DNA of 64,000 bases, from the NCBI GenBank assembly GCA_963845185.1, contig CAWJRG010000001.1, positions 128,001 to 192,000 of the forward strand. The letters run 5' to 3'. The DNA comes from an uncultured bacterium. Its GTDB lineage: Bacteria; Oederibacteriota; PGYV01; CAWJRG01. The translations under genes and the position numbers were made by a program. Of this stretch, positions 17,940-31,700 are shown piece by piece. The notes below the pieces were generated by a model. The model was not told the DNA's origin. It made no database searches and worked only from the letters and a program-made list of their open reading frames with translations. Position 1 is the first letter of the stretch, and each line of letters opens with the position of its first letter.

Positions 17940-20900
17940 TTAATATTGGCGTAAATATTTAAATACCACAGCCATCTTTACTATTTTCCTTTCAATTCCT
18001 CCATTATCATTCTTGGCCTCCACGACGCAGATATATAAACCGTTGCTTACTGTCTGCCCGCTCGGCGTCCGTAAATTCCATGTTATTTTTGTATCGGCAG
18101 GATCGGCTTCAAACCACCTGATAAGTTCTCCTGCAATATTGTATATTTTGATTTTTACTGTGCCCTGCCATACATTTGACCATGTTATAGATACCTGAGC
18201 ATTATTTGCTGCAATTCCGCTTGCTATGTAAGGGTTCGGGATTACTTTTATATCGCCAAGCATGTTGCTGTTCCCTTCATTCAATACTGTGATTGTTTTG
18301 GTTTCAACCTCTGTATAGCCGTTTGCTTCTTTCACCACAAGCTGTACTGTGTACGTGCCGTTGTCAACTACCCTGCCCTGGCTGTTTGTACCGTTCCAGT
18401 TTATTGTATTTCCCGCGCCGTAACCTATGGCCAGGTTATTGGTGCTGCCCTCGCCGAATACAGCAGTATCGTTTACCGACAGTTGGACGTTGAAATTTAC
18501 GTTTACATCCTTTTGCAGCCTTTGCACAAGCTCGCCCGCGCTGTTATAGATATTTATCTGCACATACTGCTCCGTACTTAAAACCTGTATGCTCTTGCTA
18601 ATCGTAGTTGCGTGCCCTACCGAATCTATTACGGTTACCTTTACATAGTATGAGCCGTTTGCCACTATCTGGCCGTTGTTGCTTGTGCCGTCCCATTCAA
18701 ATTCCGTTTTTCCGTCATTTCCGCCGGAAACCTGCTCGCCCGGCAGGTCTATTTTTAATTGCCCTTGTCTCGGGTCAAAAACAGTCGCTCCAGAACCTGC
18801 CTGCGACACAAGTAAAACATCGCTGAGGTTATTTGTTACCGTAGTTTCCGTGATTGTCTTTACCAGCTCTCCTGCCTCGTTATATATCCCTATCTGTATT
18901 GTATAAGGATACACAAGCGGCGTTGGTGTTACTGTTGATGTCGGTGAAATTGTAGGGGTAACCGTGCTTGTCGGGGTTTGTGTGTACGTGTTGGTTATTG
19001 TGTATGTACATGTAATTGTTGGCGACGGCGTATATGTGAATGTCTGGGTACTTGTGGACGTCCAGGTATATGTTTCTGTTTGTGTATATGTCGGCGTAAA
19101 AGTATAAGTATTTGTACCTGTCGGTGTATTTGTCGGTGTGCCTGACGGTGTCCATGTCGGCGTCCACGTTGGAGTATCTGTCGGTGACATTGAGTTAGTC
19201 GGTGTCCATGTAGGTGTCCATGTGGGCGTCGCAGTGCTTGTAGGCGTCCACGTCGGCGTATCTGTAGGCGTATCTGTCGGCGTATCTGTCGGTGTCCATG
19301 TCGCCGTGTCTGGCGGTGTCCCTGTAGGCGTTACCGTATTTGTAGGCGTATCTGTAGGCGTATCTGTCGGGGTATCCGTAGGTGTATCTGTTGGTGTAAA
19401 TGTCGGCGTAAAAGTCGGCGACATTGAGTTGGTCGGAGTTGCTGTCGGCGTCCATGTCGGTGTATCTGTATATGTCGGTGTCCATGTTGGTGTGTCCGTT
19501 AGCGTATATGTAGGCGTATATGTCGGTGTATTTGTCGGCGTAGCTGTTGGCGTATATGTCGGTGTATCTGTCGGAGAGTCTGTCGGTGTGCCAGTAGTTG
19601 TATTTGTCGGCGTGTCCGTCGGTGAATTTGTTGGCGTGCCTGTCGGCGTAAATGTCGGCGTGTCTGTTGGCGTATCAGTCGGTGTACCTGTCGGTGTCCA
19701 TGTTGGTGTCCACGTCGGCGACATAGAGTTGGTTGGTGTTGATGTTGGTGTCCACGTCGGTGTATTAGTTGGTGAATCTGTCGGTGTCCCCGTCGGCGTA
19801 TTCGTCGGTGAATCTGTAGGTGAATCAGTCGGTGTACTTGTAGGCGTATTAGTTGGTGAATTTGTCGGTGTTCCAGTTGGTGTATCCGTCGGTGTATTTG
19901 TCGGTGTATCTGAAGGTGTACCTGTCGGCGTCCATGTCGGCGTGTTTGTCGGCGTGTTTGTCGGTGTATCTGTTGGGGTCCATGTTGGCGTCCAAGTCGG
20001 CGACATTGAGTTTGTCAGCGTTACCGTCGGCGTCCAAGTCGGCGTGTCCGTATCTGTCGGAGTATTTGTAGGTGTATATGTCGGCGTCCATGTCGGTGTA
20101 TCTGTAAGCGTATTTACTGACGTATCCGTTGGTGTACTTGTCGGCGTGTCTGTAGGAGTCCATGTTGGTGTGCCTGTAGGTGTATCCGTCGGTGTACTTG
20201 TCGGTGTATTTGTTGGCGTACCCGTCGGTGTATCTGTCGGTGTCCATGTAGGTGTATCTGTCGGTGTGCCTGTCGGCGTCCACGTAGGCGTAAATGTCGG
20301 TGACATTGAGTTAGTCAGTGTTGCTGTTGGTGTCCACGTCGGAGTTGCTGTATCAGTCGGTGTCCATGTTGGCGTATCTGTTGGAGTATTTGTCGGTGTA
20401 TCTGTAGGCGTGCCCGTCGGCGTATTTGTCGGCGTATCTGTCGGTGTATTCGTTGGTGTGCCCGTCGGCGTGTTCGTTGGCGTCCACGTAGGTGTATTTG
20501 TCGGCGTACCTGTCGGCGTATTTGTTGGTGTGTTTGTTGGTGTCCCTGTTGGCGTATTTGTCGGCGTCCACGTTGGCGTATTTGTTGGCGTACCTGTCGG
20601 CGTATTTGTTGGTGTATCCGTAGGTGTTTCTGTCGGCGTAGCTGTAGGTGTCCATGTAGGTGTAAATGATGGTGACATCGAGTTCGTCGGTGTAGCTGTA
20701 GGTGTCCATGTAGGCGTGTCTGTATCTGTAGGTGTCCATGTAGGCGTATTTGTAGGTGTACCTGTTGGTGTGTTTGTAGGCGTCCATGTCGGCGTATCCG
20801 TAGGCGTGCTTGTCGGCGTATTGGTAGGTGTATCTGTCGATGTTGCTGACGGTGTATTTGTCGGCGTGTTCGTCGGTGTGTCTGTCGGCGTGTCTGTGTA

Positions 20901-23900
20901 TGTGGATGTCAGCGTCACTGTATCTGTGTATGTAGATGTATATGTAACTGTCAGTGTATATGTCGGCGTCAATGTCAGCGTGTATGTGTATGTCGGCGTA
21001 TTCGTCGGTGTGTTTGTCGGCGTAAATGTAGGCGTCCACGTCGGCGTAAATGTCTGCAATATCGTGATTGTCAGTGTTGATGTAGGTGTCCATGTCGGCG
21101 ACGCTGTATCCGTTGGAGTTTCCGTCGGTGTGTCTGTCGGCGTGTCTGTGTATGTGGATGTCAGCGTCACTGTATCTGTGTATGTAGATGTATATGTAAC
21201 TGTCAGTGTATATGTCGGCGTCAATGTCAGCGTGTATGTGTATGTCGGCGTATTCGTCGGTGTGTTTGTCGGCGTAAATGTAGGCGTCCACGTCGGCGTA
21301 AATGTCTGCGATATCGTGATTGTCAGTGTTGATGTAGGTGTCCATGTCGGCGACGCTGTATCTGTTGGAGTTTCCGTCGGTGTGTCTGTCGGCGTGTCCG
21401 TGTATGTGGATGTCAGCGTCACTGTATCTGTATATGTAGATGTATATGTAACTGTCAGTGTATATGTCGGCGTCAATGTTAGCGTGTATGTGTATGTAGG
21501 CGTATTGGTCGGTGTGTTCGTCGGCGTAAATGTAGGTGTCCATGTCGGCGTAAATGTAGGCGACATTGAGTTAGTCAGTGTTGCCGTAGGCGTCCACGTC
21601 GGTGATGGTGTATTTGTCGGCGTTTCCGTTGGTGTATCTGTCGGCGTGTCTGTGTATGTGGATGTCAGCGTCACTGTATCTGTGTATGTGGATGTATATG
21701 TAACTGTAAGTGTATATGTCGGCGTTAATGTCAGCGTGTATGTGTATGTAGGCGTATTGGTCGGTGTGTTCGTCGGCGTAAATGTAGGTGTCCATGTCGG
21801 CGTAAATGTAGGCGACATTGAGTTGGTCAGTGTTGCCGTAGGCGTCCACGTCGGTGATGGTGTATTTGTTGGAGTTTCCGTTGGTGTATCTGTCGGCGTG
21901 TCTGTGTATGTTGATGTCAGCGTCACTGTATCTGTATATGTGGATGTATAAGTAACTGTAAGTGTATATGTCGGCGTCAAAGTCAGCGTATATGTGTATG
22001 TCGGCGTATTCGTCGGTGTATCTGTCGGCGTAAATGTAGGCGTCCACGTGGGCGTAAATGTCTGTGATATCGTGATTGTCAGTGTTGATGTAGGAGTCCA
22101 TGTCGGCGACGCTGTATTTGTCGGCGTATTCGTTGGCGTCCATGTAGGTGTGCCTGTATATGTGGATGTCAGCGTCACTGTATCTGTGTATGTGGATGTG
22201 TAAGTAACTGTCAGTGTATATGTCGGCGTCAAAGTCAGCGTATATGTGTATGTCGGCGTACTTGTAGGTGTATTTGTCGGCGTACCTGTCGGCGTCCACG
22301 TCGGCGTAAATGTAGGCGACATTGAGTTAGTCAGTGTTGCCGTAGGCGTCCACGTCGGTGATGGTGTATTTGTTGGCGTGTTCGTTGGTGTCCATGTAGG
22401 TGTGCCTGTGTATGTGGATGTCAGCGTCACTGTATCTGTGTATGTGGATGTATAAGTAACTGTAAGTGTATATGTCGGCGTTAATGTCAGCGTGTATGTG
22501 TATGTAGGCGTATTGGTCGGTGTGTTCGTCGGCGTAAATGTTGGAGTCCATGTAGGCGTAAATGTAGGCGACATTGAGTTGGTCAGTGTTGCCGTAGGCG
22601 TCCACGTCGGTGATGGTGTATTTGTTGGAGTTTCCGTTGGTGTATCTGTCGGCGTGTCTGTGTATGTTGATGTCAGCGTCACTGTATCTGTATATGTGGA
22701 TGTATAAGTAACTGTAAGTGTATATGTCGGCGTCAAAGTCAGCGTATATGTGTATGTCGGCGTATTCGTCGGTGTATCTGTCGGCGTAAATGTAGGAGTC
22801 CACGTGGGCGTAAATGTCTGTGATATCGTGATTGTCAGTGTTGATGTAGGAGTCCATGTTGGCGACGCTGTATTTGTCGGCGTATTCGTTGGCGTCCATG
22901 TAGGTGTGCCTGTATATGTGGATGTCAGCGTCACTGTATCTGTGTATGTGGATGTGTAAGTAACTGTCAGTGTATATGTCGGCGTCAAAGTCAGCGTATA
23001 TGTGTATGTCGGCGTACTTGTAGGTGTATTCGTCGGTGTATCTGTCGGCGTCCACGTCGGCGTAAATGTAGGCGACATTGAGTTGGTCAGTGTTGCCGTA
23101 GGCGTCCACGTCGGTGATGGTGTATTTGTTGGCGTGTTCGTTGGTGTCCATGTAGGTGTGCCTGTGTATGTGGATGTCAGCGTCACTGTATCTGTGTATG
23201 TGGATGTATAAGTAACCGTCAGTGTATATGTCGGCGTCAATGTTAGCGTGTATGTGTATGTAGGCGTATTGGTCGGTGTGTTCGTCGGCGTAAATGTTGG
23301 AGTCCATGTAGGCGTAAATGTCTGCGATATCGTTATTGTCAGTGTTGATGTAGATGTCCATGTCGGCGACGCTGTATTTGTCGGCGTTTCCGTTGGCGTC
23401 CATGTCGGTGTGCCTGTGTATGTGGATGTCAGCGTCACTGTATCTGTATATGTAGATGTGTAAGTAACCGTCAGTGTATATGTTGGCGTCAAAGTCAGCG
23501 TGTATGTGTATGTCGGCGTATTTGTCGGCGTGTTAGTCGGTGTAAATGTAGGCGTCCACGTCGGCGTAAATGTCTGCGATATTGTTATTGTCAGTGTTGA
23601 TGTAGGAGTCCATGTAGGCGACGCTGTATTTGTCGGTGTGTTCGTTGGCGTCCATGTAGGTGTGCCTGTATATGTGGATGTCAGCGTCACTGTATCTGTA
23701 TATGTAGATGTGTAAGTAACCGTCAGTGTATATGTCGGCGTCAAAGTCAGTGTGTATGTATATGTAGACGTATTCGTTGGCGTGTTAGTCGGTGTAAATG
23801 TAGGCGTCCACGTCGGCGTAAATGTCTGCGATATTGTTATTGTCAGTGTTGATGTAGGAGTCCATGTAGGCGACGCTGTATTTGTCGGTGTGTTCGTTGG

Positions 23901-26900
23901 CGTCCATGTAGGTGTGCCTGTATATGTGGATGTCAGCGTCACTGTATCTGTGTATGTAGATGTGTAAGTAACCGTCAGTGTATATGTCGGCGTCAAAGTC
24001 AGTGTGTATGTATATGTAGACGTATTCGTTGGCGTGTTAGTCGGTGTAAATGTAGGCGTCCACGTCGGCGTAAATGTCTGCGATATTGTTATTGTCAGTG
24101 TTGATGTAGGAGTCCATGTAGGCGACGCTGTATTTGTCGGTGTGTTCGTTGGCGTCCATGTAGGTGTGCCTGTATATGTGGATGTCAGCGTCACTGTATC
24201 TGTGTATGTGGATGTGTAAGTAACCGTCACTGTATACGTTAACGTTAATGTCAGTGTGTATGTATATGTAGACGTATTCGTTGGCGTGTTAGTCGATGTA
24301 TATGTCGGTGTCCACGTCGGCGTAAATGTCGGCGACATTGAGTTTGTCGGTGTCGCCGTGGGCGTCCATGTCGGCGTTCTTGTAGGTGTATTTGTCGTCG
24401 TATTCGTAGGTGTCCATGTAGGTGACGGAGTATTTGTAGGCGTATTTGTCGGCGTCCATGTCGGTGTGCCTGTGTATGTGGATGTCAGCGTAACTGTATC
24501 TGTATATGTGGATGTATAAGTAACTGTCAGTGTATATGTCGGCGTCAATGTCAGCGTGTATGTGTATGTCGGTGTATTCGTTGGCGTATTTGTCGGTGTA
24601 TTTGTTGGAGTCCACGTCGGCGTATATGTAGGTGACATCGAGTTTGTCTTCGTTGCCGTCGGCGTCCATGTTGGCGTCCATGTAAATGTCGGCGTATTTG
24701 TTGGTGTCCAGGTCGGTGTCGCCGTGTATGTTGATGTCAGTGTCACTGTATCTGTATATGTGGATGTATAAGTAACTGTCAGTGTATATGTCGGCGTCAA
24801 TGTCAGCGTGTATGTGTATGTCGGTGTATTCGTTGGCGTATTTGTCGGTGTATTTGTTGGAGTCCACGTCGGCGTATATGTAGGTGACATCGAGTTTGTC
24901 TTCGTTGCCGTCGGCGTCCATGTTGGCGTCCATGTAAATGTCGGCGTATTTGTTGGTGTCCAGGTCGGTGTCGCCGTGTATGTTGATGTCAGTGTCACTG
25001 TATCTGTATATGTGGATGTATAAGTAACTGTCAGTGTATATGTCGGCGTCAATGTCAGTGTGTATGTGTATGTCGGTGTATTTGTCGGCGTGTTAGTCGG
25101 TGTATTTGTTGGAGTCCATGTCGGCGTATATGTAGGTGACATCGAGTTTGTCTTTGTTGCCGTCGGCGTCCATGTTGGCGTCCATGTAAATGTCGGCGTA
25201 TTTGTTGGTGTCCAGGTCGGTGTCGCCGTGTATGTGGACGTCAGGGTTACTGTCACTGTATAAGTGTATGTGTACGTAACTGTCAGTGTATATGTCGGCG
25301 TAGGTGTTAGTGTATATGTAAATGTCGGCGTATTTGTCGGCGTGTTAGTCGGTGTATTTGTTGGAGTCCACGTTGGCGTAAATGTAGGTGACATTGAGTT
25401 TGTCTTCGTTGCCGTCAGCGTCCATGTCGGCGTCCATGTAAATGTCGGCGTATTTGTAGGTGTCCAGGTCGGTGTCGCCGTGTATGTGGACGTCAGGGTT
25501 ACTGTCACTGTATAAGTGTATGTGTACGTAACTGTCAGTGTATATGTCGGCGTAGGTGTCAGTGTATATGTAAATGTCAGCGTATTCGTTGGTGTCCATG
25601 TCTTCGTATTTGTCGGCGTCCATGTAAACGTAAATGTCGGCGACATTGAGTTAGTAAGCGTTGCTGTCGGCGTCCACGTCGGTGTATTGGTCGGAGTCCA
25701 TGTAGGTGTATTCGTCGGCGTATTTGTAGGCGTATATGTTTTTGTCGGGGAATTTGTTGGGGTCCACGTGGGTGTTCCTGTCGGTGTGTTTGTAGGCGTG
25801 TTTGTCGGAGTCCATGTCGGTGTTCCTGTCGGCGTGCTTGTCGGAGTCCATGTTGGCGTATACGTCGGCGTCCAGGTCGGTGTATTTGTCCTGGTATATG
25901 TCGTTGACACTGTAATTGTAACTGTCGGCGTCCAGGTAGGCGTATTGGTCGGCGTATCTGTAAGCGTGTATGTGTATGTCGGCGTCTGCGTGTACGTATA
26001 TGTCGGCGTCAAAGTATTAGTGTACGTCGGCGTCCAGGTCGGTGTATTCGTAGGCGTCCATGTCGGTGTATTTGTCCTGGTATATGTCATTGACACTGTA
26101 ATTGTCACTGTCGGTGTCCACGTGGGCGTATTTGTCGGCGTATCTGTCAGCGTGTATGTGTATGTCGGGGTCCGCGTGTATGTATATGTGGGTGTCATTG
26201 TGTTTGTGTACGTCGGTGTTGCTGTCGGCGTATCCGTCAGTGTCCACGTCGGCGTATCTGTTTTTGTATATGTCAGCGTCACTGTAATTGTCACTGTCGG
26301 TGTCCATGTGGGCGTTGCTGTCGGCGTATCTGTAAGCGTGTATGTGTATGTCGGCGTCTGCGTGTATGTGTATGTGGGCGTCCGCGTGTCTGTGTATGTC
26401 GGTGTATTGGTCGGCGTCCATGTCGGTGTTTGGGTCGGCGTCCATGTCGGCGTATATGTAGGTGTAGGCGTATTTGTCAGCGTAGGTGTTTTTGTATATG
26501 TATATGTGTATGTAGGTGTCGGCGTGTATGTATACGTAGGCGTCGGTGTGTATGTGTATGTAGGTGTCCGCGTGTATGTGTATGTCGGCGTCGGCGTGTA
26601 TGTATACGTAGGCGTTGGTGTGTATGTGTATGTAGGTGTCGGTGTCACTGTAAATGTCATAGTACCGCACTGGTCCTGCATATTTACCGTGGATACCGGC
26701 GATGCCACCTGCCCGGGTAGGACAGCGAAGCATTGTTGTGCCAAATGCAGGTACTATATGCCGAGTTGTTGCCTAAATACATTTCCCATGTAAAGCATCC
26801 TGTAAATCCAGCTGCTGTCGGCGCCAGTATGAATGTCGCTATGTTACTGCTCGAGGAACCGGACAGTGATGTTAGTCCTGGCGCGGGAGAGCCGGTATAA

Positions 26901-28351
26901 TACGGACCTTGATATTGCCACCCATCGCCTGCGTCACTCGAGTAATCGTCAATAACTGTAATATCCTGCGTCGCAGCGCCGCTGTTGTTGCATATTGCGA
27001 GAGTGAAAGTAAGGTTGGTATTTGTGGAACTGATTGTCGTTAAGCTGGATGTTTTTAACAGCGTAAATGCAGGCGTGGGTGTTACTGTAAATGTCCGCGT
27101 CGCTGTCGGTGTCGGTGTATATGTCGGGGTTACAGTCGGAGTGAAAGTTTTTGACGGGCAGAAATTGGAAAACGGCACGCCGCTGTATGCATATGCCCAT
27201 GCAGAACCTGTGTTATATGTCAGGGTAACGCTGTTGTACCAGCTTACGCATTCAACCACGTTCCATGACTCGCATGCCCATGTAAAATCATAGCAGGGCG
27301 TGCCGCAAGTACCCCCCGTACAGGTAACTCCTGGAAACCCCTCTTCAAAAATAAGGTATGGGTTCAGGTTGGCCGCAAGGGCGTTAGATGAAATATCGCC
27401 GTAATAAAACCCGTTTATAAGGCCTCCGGTATTGGGACCGTATGGCCCCTGGTATTGCCACTGGCTGGCCGCATCGCTCCATTGGTCATTTGTCCAGACC
27501 GTGGTTGTGGTGCCGCCGCCTGTGTTGCATATATGGAAGGCAAAACTGATGATATCCTGCGAGGCTGATACAATAGTATTGCTCGCCACAGATTTTACTA
27601 TTGTCATGTTCGGCGGCGCGGGCGTTGGCATCTCATTTAAGTTAAACCCCTGCCTGAAAAATAATTGCTGGCACCCGGTAGATATGCTTCCAAAGCCCAA
27701 AGGCATCAGTGGATTATGGAACTGAAAAGAGCCTATTTTCTGGCCGTATTCCGTACCGTTATAAATTATGCCTGTAGCAGAAGACCAGCCCGATTCTGTA
27801 TAGTGAGGGTTATACCATGTGTAAGTCCCGTCGTTAGGCCCTTTATCACAGGATGTCGGCGGTACAGTTGCATTACAGCATGAATTGGTATCCTCAAGAT
27901 AATCAACCCCTGCGCCGTTGTCGCTGTCAACATAACTGTGCGCCCCTCCCTGGCAAGTGATATCCATTGACCACGTTGCCCACATTTCACAGCATTGCGT
28001 GTTCTGGTCATGCACTGCTATTACATTTCCTGTTGGTGCCAGCCCGAGTGTCCCAAGCTCTGCCGAACTCAGGGTCATGCAGGGGGGAGACTCCTGGCCT
28101 GTCAAGCTCACGTCCACGTATCCGAAAGTCCCCAGGTATATCCCGTTGATATAAATGTCTGCTATGTCGTCAACAGCTGCGCATATAATGGCGGATTGGG
28201 GCGTGCAGACAATTGCTGCCGCATGCAAACTGAAATTTAATAAAACAAAAAACAAAAATAAGAACAAAATTATTTTTGTTTTACTGCCAACCCCCCTTTT
28301 GGCAGCATGTAACAGCTTTGAATCCCTGTGCCTGATTTCTCCAGGGTTCAT
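17940..28351 (-). CDS. Giant secreted protein (~3470 aa when rejoined), frameshifted at 26715-26717: Cys-rich head, ~2600-aa (Thr/Ser)-X stalk, two FlgD-Ig-like domains and a T9SS-like C-terminal domain
   Basis: ORFs 26684..28366 and 17940..26744 join as ..[17 protein letters not shown].., matching the intact paralog 43620..45875 ([17 protein letters not shown]). Start at 28351 (MNPGEI) follows GGAGG and aligns with the paralog start. Tail has [42 protein letters not shown]. Confidence 0.85.
20900..25680 (-). repeat. Intragenic tandem repeat, 252 nt / 84 aa unit, about 19 copies
   Basis: Antisense ORFs recur every 252 nt (e.g. 23248, 23500, 23752, 24004); unit ~[61 protein letters not shown](NSMSP/ITISQ)TFTPTWTPT; boundaries approximate. 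Confidence 0.9.
25870..26410 (-). repeat. Intragenic tandem repeat, 180 nt / 60 aa unit, 3 copies
   Basis: [12 protein letters not shown] motif recurs at 180-nt spacing (~25910, 26090, 26270). Confidence 0.75.
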
Positions 28352-28412
28352 TACTAATGCCTCCATATTATTAAAATGACGTTTCTTTTTCTTCTATTTC
28401 ATTTCTTCAATA

Positions 28413-28441
28413 ATTATAATTAAGTTTCGCTATTTTATCAA
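28413..28441 (-). promoter_or_regulatory. sigma70 promoter (TTGATA-17-TATAAT)
   Basis: Consensus match; homologous to the promoter at 45940-45968, including the spacer sequence. Confidence 0.7.
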
Positions 28442-28757
28442 GGGAATAGTCAAGCCAACATTTTTTCATTTGTCAAAATGAGCGTTCCATACTTTATTGT
28501 TTCATTAATTCAATTATGTCTGGTTATTAATTGGCTTTTCTTGAAATTTCCCTTTCGCTGTTGATAACTCCTTTATTTTTAACTATTCAAAAAATACTTT
28601 ACATATTATTTGACAACATAAATATTAAAAAGTTCTGGTATTTCAATGTATTTGTGTTTATTATTTGAAGATATCACATAACAAAAAATGCGGTATTTTC
28701 ATACCGCTGCTATTAAACTGAAACATTTCCTGAACACAAAACAACTGAATTGTGGTG

Positions 28758-31700
28758 TTAATAATTTTGGAACTGATGCAAACCCTTTAACACAACGGCT
28801 ATCTTGACTATTTTCCTCTCATACCCTCCCGTATCATTTTTAGCCTCCACTACGCAGATATATAAACCGCTGCTTGCAGTCTGACCTCCCACCGTTTTTA
28901 AATCCCACGCTGTTTTTGTGTCGGAAGGATCTGCTTCAAGCGTCCTGATAAGTTCTCCCGCAACATTGTATATCCTGATTTTTACTGTGCCCTGCCACAC
29001 ATTCGACCATGTTATCATTAATTGCAGGTTGTTTATTGAAATTCCGCTTGCTATGTACGGGTTCGGGATAACTCTTATCTCACCAAGCATGTTGCCGTTC
29101 CCTTCGTTCAATACGGTGATTGTTTTTTCGTCAACCTCCGTATAGCCGTTTGCCTCTTTCACCACAAGCTGCACAATGTACGTGCCGTTGTCGACTATCC
29201 TGCCCTGGCTGTTTGTTCCGTTCCAGTTTATTGTATTCCCCGCGCCGTAGCCTATGGCCACATTATTGCTGCCGCCGTCGCTTAATACAACGGTACTGGG
29301 TACCGACAATTGTGCGCTAAAATTGACGTTTACATCCTTTTGCAGCCTTTGCACAAGCTCGCCAGCACTGTTGTAAATATTTATCTGCACATACTGCTCC
29401 GTGCTTAAAACCTGTATGCTCTTGGTAATTGTGGTTGCCCGCCCCTGTGAGTCTGTTACTGTCACCCTTACGTAATACGAGCCGTTTGCCACTGTCTGGC
29501 CGTCGTTGCTCGTGCCGTCCCATTCAAATTCGGTTTTGCTGTTAACCGGGCTGCCCATTACCTGTTCTCCCGGTATGTCTATCTTCAGCGGCGCTTCTCT
29601 CGGGTCAAAAACAGTCGCGCCCGAGCCTGCCGGTGTGACAAGCAAAACATCGCTTAGGACATTTGATACCGTTGTTTCCGAGATTGTTTTTACCAGTTCT
29701 CCCGCCTCGTTATATACCGATATTTTCATTACGTAAGGATAAAGCACTGTCGTAGGCGTTATGGTTGCTGTCGGCGTAATTGTCGGGCTATCAGTGCTTG
29801 TCGGGGTTTGCGTGTACGTGTCTGTTTTTGTGTCTGTCCATGTAATCGTCGGCGTCGGTGTGTGTGTGAATGTATGCGTGTCTGTAGGCGTCCAAGTATA
29901 TGTTTCCGTCCGCGTATATGTGGGCGTGAACGAAGAAGTACGCGTGTTTGTCGGGGTATCCGTAAGCGTGTCCGACGGCGTATTTGTCGGTGTATTTGTC
30001 GGCGTGCTTGTTGGAGACGTAGTCTCTGTCGGTGTCCATGTCGGCGTAAATGTCGGTGTATCTGTAGCTGTCGGTGACCACGTCGGCGTGCTTGTCGGCG
30101 TATCTGTTGGTGTCCATGTTGGTGTATCTGTGCTTGTCGGCGTATCTGTCGATGTATCTGTCGGTGTATTTGTCGGTGTCCACGTTGGCGTATTTGTCGG
30201 TGTATCCGGTGATGTTGATGTAGGTGTTACCGTATATGTCTGTGTTGCCGTTGGTGTCCATGTTGGCGTACCTGTAGGTGTACCTGTCGGTGTACTCGTT
30301 GGTGAATCTGTCGGAGTATCAGTCGGTGTCCATGTCGGTGTATCTGTTGGAGAATCTGTAGGTGTTCCTGTCGGCGTGCTTGTCGGTGTATCTGTTGGTG
30401 AATCTGTCGGCGTATCTGTTAATGTACTTGTTGGCGTCCAGGTTGGTGTATCTGTCGGCGTACCTGTTGGCGTATTCGTCGGCGTATCTGTCGGTGTGCT
30501 TGTCGGTGTATCAGTTGGTGTGTCTGTCGGTGAATCTGTCGGTGTCCCTGTCGGCGTATCTGTCGGTGTAATTGTCGGCGTATCTGTCGGTGTGCTTGTC
30601 GGCGTGTTCGTCGGCGTCCACGTCGGCGTATCTGTTGGTGTGTATGTTGGCGTGCTGGTCGGAGAATCTGTCGGCGTACCTGTCGGCGTGCTCGTAGGCG
30701 TATCTGTTGGCGTATCTGTTGGTGTACTTGTCGGGGTATCTGTTGGTGTATCTGTCGGCGTATCTGTTAATGTACTTGTTGGCGTCCAGGTTGGTGTATC
30801 TGTCGGCGTACCTGTCGGCGTACTCGTAGGCGTATCTGTTGGCGTATTCGTCGGTGTACTCGTTGGTGTATCTGTTGGTGTATTCGTTGGCGTGCTTGTC
30901 GGCGTATCTGTCGGCGTGCTTGTCGGCGTATTTGTTGGCGTACCTGTCGGCGTGCTTGTCGGCGTATTTGTTGGCGTATCTGTCGGCGTGCTTGTCGGTG
31001 TATCTGTTGGCGTATCTGTCGGTGTATCTGTTGGCGTGCTAGTTGGCGTATCTGTTGGCGTCCATGTCGGTGTATTTGTCGGTGTATTTGTTGGCGTATT
31101 CGTCGGCGTATCTGTCGGTGTCCCTGTTGGCGTATCCGTTGGTGTATCTGTCGGCGTATTCGTCGGTGTGTCTGTTGGCGTATTTGTTGGCGTCCATGTT
31201 GGCGTATTCGTCGGTGTATTTGTCGGTGTATTCGTCGGCGTCCATGTCGGTGTACCTGTTGGCGTCCATGTTGGTGTGTCCGTCGGCGTCCATGTTGGGG
31301 TGTCCGTCGGCGTCCATGTTGGTGTGTCTGTTGGCGTCCATGTTGGTGTGTCTGTTGGCGTCCATGTTGGCGTATCTGTTGGCGTGCCTGTTGGTGTCCA
31401 TGTCGGTGTATTTGTAGGTGTCCATGTTGGTGTGTCCGTCGGCGTATTCGTCGGCGTCCATGTTGGCGTATCCGTCGGCGTATTCGTCGGTGTATTTGTA
31501 GGCGTCCAGGTTGGCGTATTCGTCGGTGTATCTGTCGGTGTATTCGTCGGCGTCCATGTCGGTGTACCTGTTGGCGTCCATGTCGGTGTATTCGTAGGCG
31601 TCCATGTTGGCGTATCTGTTGGCGTCCATGTTGGCGTCCATGTTGGTGTATTCGTTGGTGTATTCGTTGGCGTACTTGTTGGTGTCCATGTCGGCGTATT

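Noticed and set aside
17574..17940. tRNA-anchored genomic island carrying the giant genes
   Set aside because: The giant genes lie on the 5' side of the tRNAs; I saw no integrase or duplicated tRNA 3' end
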